Shown piece by piece: positions 56,493-58,029 of a DNA stretch of 58,029 nucleotides. Position 1 is the first letter of the stretch. Every line of letters begins with the position of its first letter. A program made the position numbers and the translations under genes. The DNA is from Bacteroidota bacterium (lineage in GTDB: Bacteria; Bacteroidota; Bacteroidia; Flavobacteriales; Flavobacteriaceae). The stretch covers positions 32,357 through 90,385 of the forward strand of contig JAZKCP010000022.1 of assembly GCA_040388035.1 (NCBI GenBank), written 5' to 3'. The notes beneath the pieces were generated by a model, which was not told the DNA's origin, did not search any database, and saw only the letters and a program-made list of their open reading frames with translations.

Positions 56493-57998
56493 ATGTCAAG
56501 ACCTGTTAGAGTACGTTTTGCTCCAAGTCCAACCGGACCATTACATATTGGAGGCGTTAGAACTGCGTTATTCAATTACTTATTTGCCAAAAAACATAAT
56601 GGTGTTTTCTATCTAAGAATTGAAGATACCGACCAAAACCGTTTCGTTCCCGGAGCGGAAGAATACATTTTTGAAGCTTTGGATTGGTTGGGAATTGCGC
56701 CCAGCGAAACCGTTGGGAAGAACGAAAAATTTGGGCCTTACCGCCAATCGGAAAGAAAAGATTTGTACAAACAGTACGCTGATCAATTAATAAGTTCGGG
56801 TTGGGCGTATTACGCTTTTGATACTGCCGAAGCATTGGATGGACATAGAAAACAACACGAAGAACAAGGAAAAACATTTATCTATAACTGGCATAATCGT
56901 GAAAAACTCGATACTTCTTTGGTGATTTCAAAAGACGAAACCGAGAAAAGAATAGCTGCCGGTGAAGCTTATGTAGTTCGTTTTAAAACGCCAGTGAACG
57001 AAACCTTGCATCTACATGACACCATTCGTGGTGATATTAGTTTTGAAACGAATCTTTTAGACGATAAAGTTTTATTCAAATCGGACGGAATGCCAACCTA
57101 TCATTTGGCAAATATTGTTGATGATCATTTGATGGAAACCTCACACGTTATTCGGGGTGAAGAATGGTTGCCTTCGATGCCGTTACATAGCCTGTTATAT
57201 AAAGCGTTTGGTTGGGAAGCGCCAGAATTTGCACATTTGCCTTTGATTTTAAAACCTATCGGTAACGGAAAATTATCAAAACGCGATGGCGATAAGTTAG
57301 GATTTCCAGTATTTCCATTAGAATGGAAATCGGAAGAAGGAATATCATCCGGTTATAGAGAAAAAGGATTTTTTCCGGAAGCAGTGATTAATTTTTTGGC
57401 ATTATTGGGCTGGAATGACGGAACAGAACAGGAATTATTTTCTTTGGAAGAATTAGTTGAAAAGTTCGACCTGAATAGAGTTCATAAAGCCGGAGCTAAA
57501 TTTGATCCGGATAAAAACAAATGGTTCAATCACCAGTATTTGCAAAAACAATCTGATGAAGATTTAGCAAAAGCTTTTGCACCTTTTGTGTATGAAAAAG
57601 ATATTGATGTTGATTATACCACGTTGGTAAAAATCGTTTCACTGATAAAAGAACGGGCGAACTTTGTTTCAGAATTTTGGGAAATGAGTAATTTCTTTTT
57701 TGAGACACCAACATCCTATGATGAAAAAGCAGTCAAAAACTGGAAAGAAGATACACCAAGGACAATGCAGGAGTTAATTTCTGTATTGGAAAATATCAGC
57801 GATTTCACTTCTGTAAATATCGAAACAGTAGTAAAAGACTGGATGACACAAAACGAAATTGGAATGGGAAAAGTGATGCAGCCTTTCCGTCTCAGTTTGG
57901 TTGGCGCCTTAAAAGGTCCACATCTTTTTGATATTGTAGAATTGATTGGAAAAGAAGAAACCATCAAACGAATACAGAAAGCTATAGATACTTTATAA
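56493..57998 (+). CDS. gltX: Glutamate--tRNA ligase
   Basis: RFAPSPTGPLHIGG, LRIEDTD, YRQSER, KLSKR. Confidence 0.98.
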   Translation: MSRPVRVRFAPSPTGPLHIGGVRTALFNYLFAKKHNGVFYLRIEDTDQNRFVPGAEEYIFEALDWLGIAPSETVGKNEKFGPYRQSERKDLYKQYADQLISSGWAYYAFDTAEALDGHRKQHEEQGKTFIYNWHNREKLDTSLVISKDETEKRIAAGEAYVVRFKTPVNETLHLHDTIRGDISFETNLLDDKVLFKSDGMPTYHLANIVDDHLMETSHVIRGEEWLPSMPLHSLLYKAFGWEAPEFAHLPLILKPIGNGKLSKRDGDKLGFPVFPLEWKSEEGISSGYREKGFFPEAVINFLALLGWNDGTEQELFSLEELVEKFDLNRVHKAGAKFDPDKNKWFNHQYLQKQSDEDLAKAFAPFVYEKDIDVDYTTLVKIVSLIKERANFVSEFWEMSNFFFETPTSYDEKAVKNWKEDTPRTMQELISVLENISDFTSVNIETVVKDWMTQNEIGMGKVMQPFRLSLVGALKGPHLFDIVELIGKEETIKRIQKAIDTL

Positions 57999-58024
57999 AA
58001 AAGCCCCGAATCATCGGGGCTTTT
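57999..58024 (+). terminator. Intrinsic terminator after gltX
   Basis: aaaagccccga-atca-tcggggctttt. Confidence 0.9.
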
Positions 58025-58029
58025 ATTTT

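Overview
This AT-rich, gene-dense window looks like core chromosome from a Flavobacteriaceae member, most likely Flavobacterium. The evidence is repeated TAnnTTTG Bacteroidetes -7 promoter elements, a complete moxR-DUF58-bat operon, pheS without pheT, rnpA without rpmH, and DUF3078/DUF2480/DUF4837/DUF4175-type genes. Gene order: partial phnA-like gene, outer-membrane barrel, metallophosphoesterase, Schlafen/AlbA_2-domain protein, aldo/keto reductase, moxR-DUF58-orf-batABCDE, pheS, gpsA, nadD, gmk, yicC, EamA, ArsC-like, DinB, metB-like, a SUF Fe-S locus split in two (sufABCD ... sufS-lipoprotein-sufE-sufT-DUF2480) by four unrelated genes, MBL hydrolase, S8, M1 and S41 peptidases, rnpA, tandem-OmpA protein, ElaA, DUF4837, 5xLysM MltD, pgk, holB, DoxX, skp, methyltransferase, mnmG, ybeY, DUF4175 and gltX. 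Two parS sites flank mnmG, so the window is probably origin-proximal. I saw no tRNA, rRNA, CRISPR array, transposase or prophage. The most interesting signals are: (i) several different intergenic inverted arrays of 7-9 nt tandem repeats and REP-like palindromes with one shared architecture, plus a Flavo-1-like structured element; (ii) an overlapping Schlafen-domain/phosphoesterase gene pair; (iii) DUF2480, which has an internally duplicated Cys-Ser module and sits at the end of the suf genes; (iv) a DUF2157 membrane pair with a Gly-rich tail inside the suf locus. All family assignments come from motifs recognised by eye, not from database searches.
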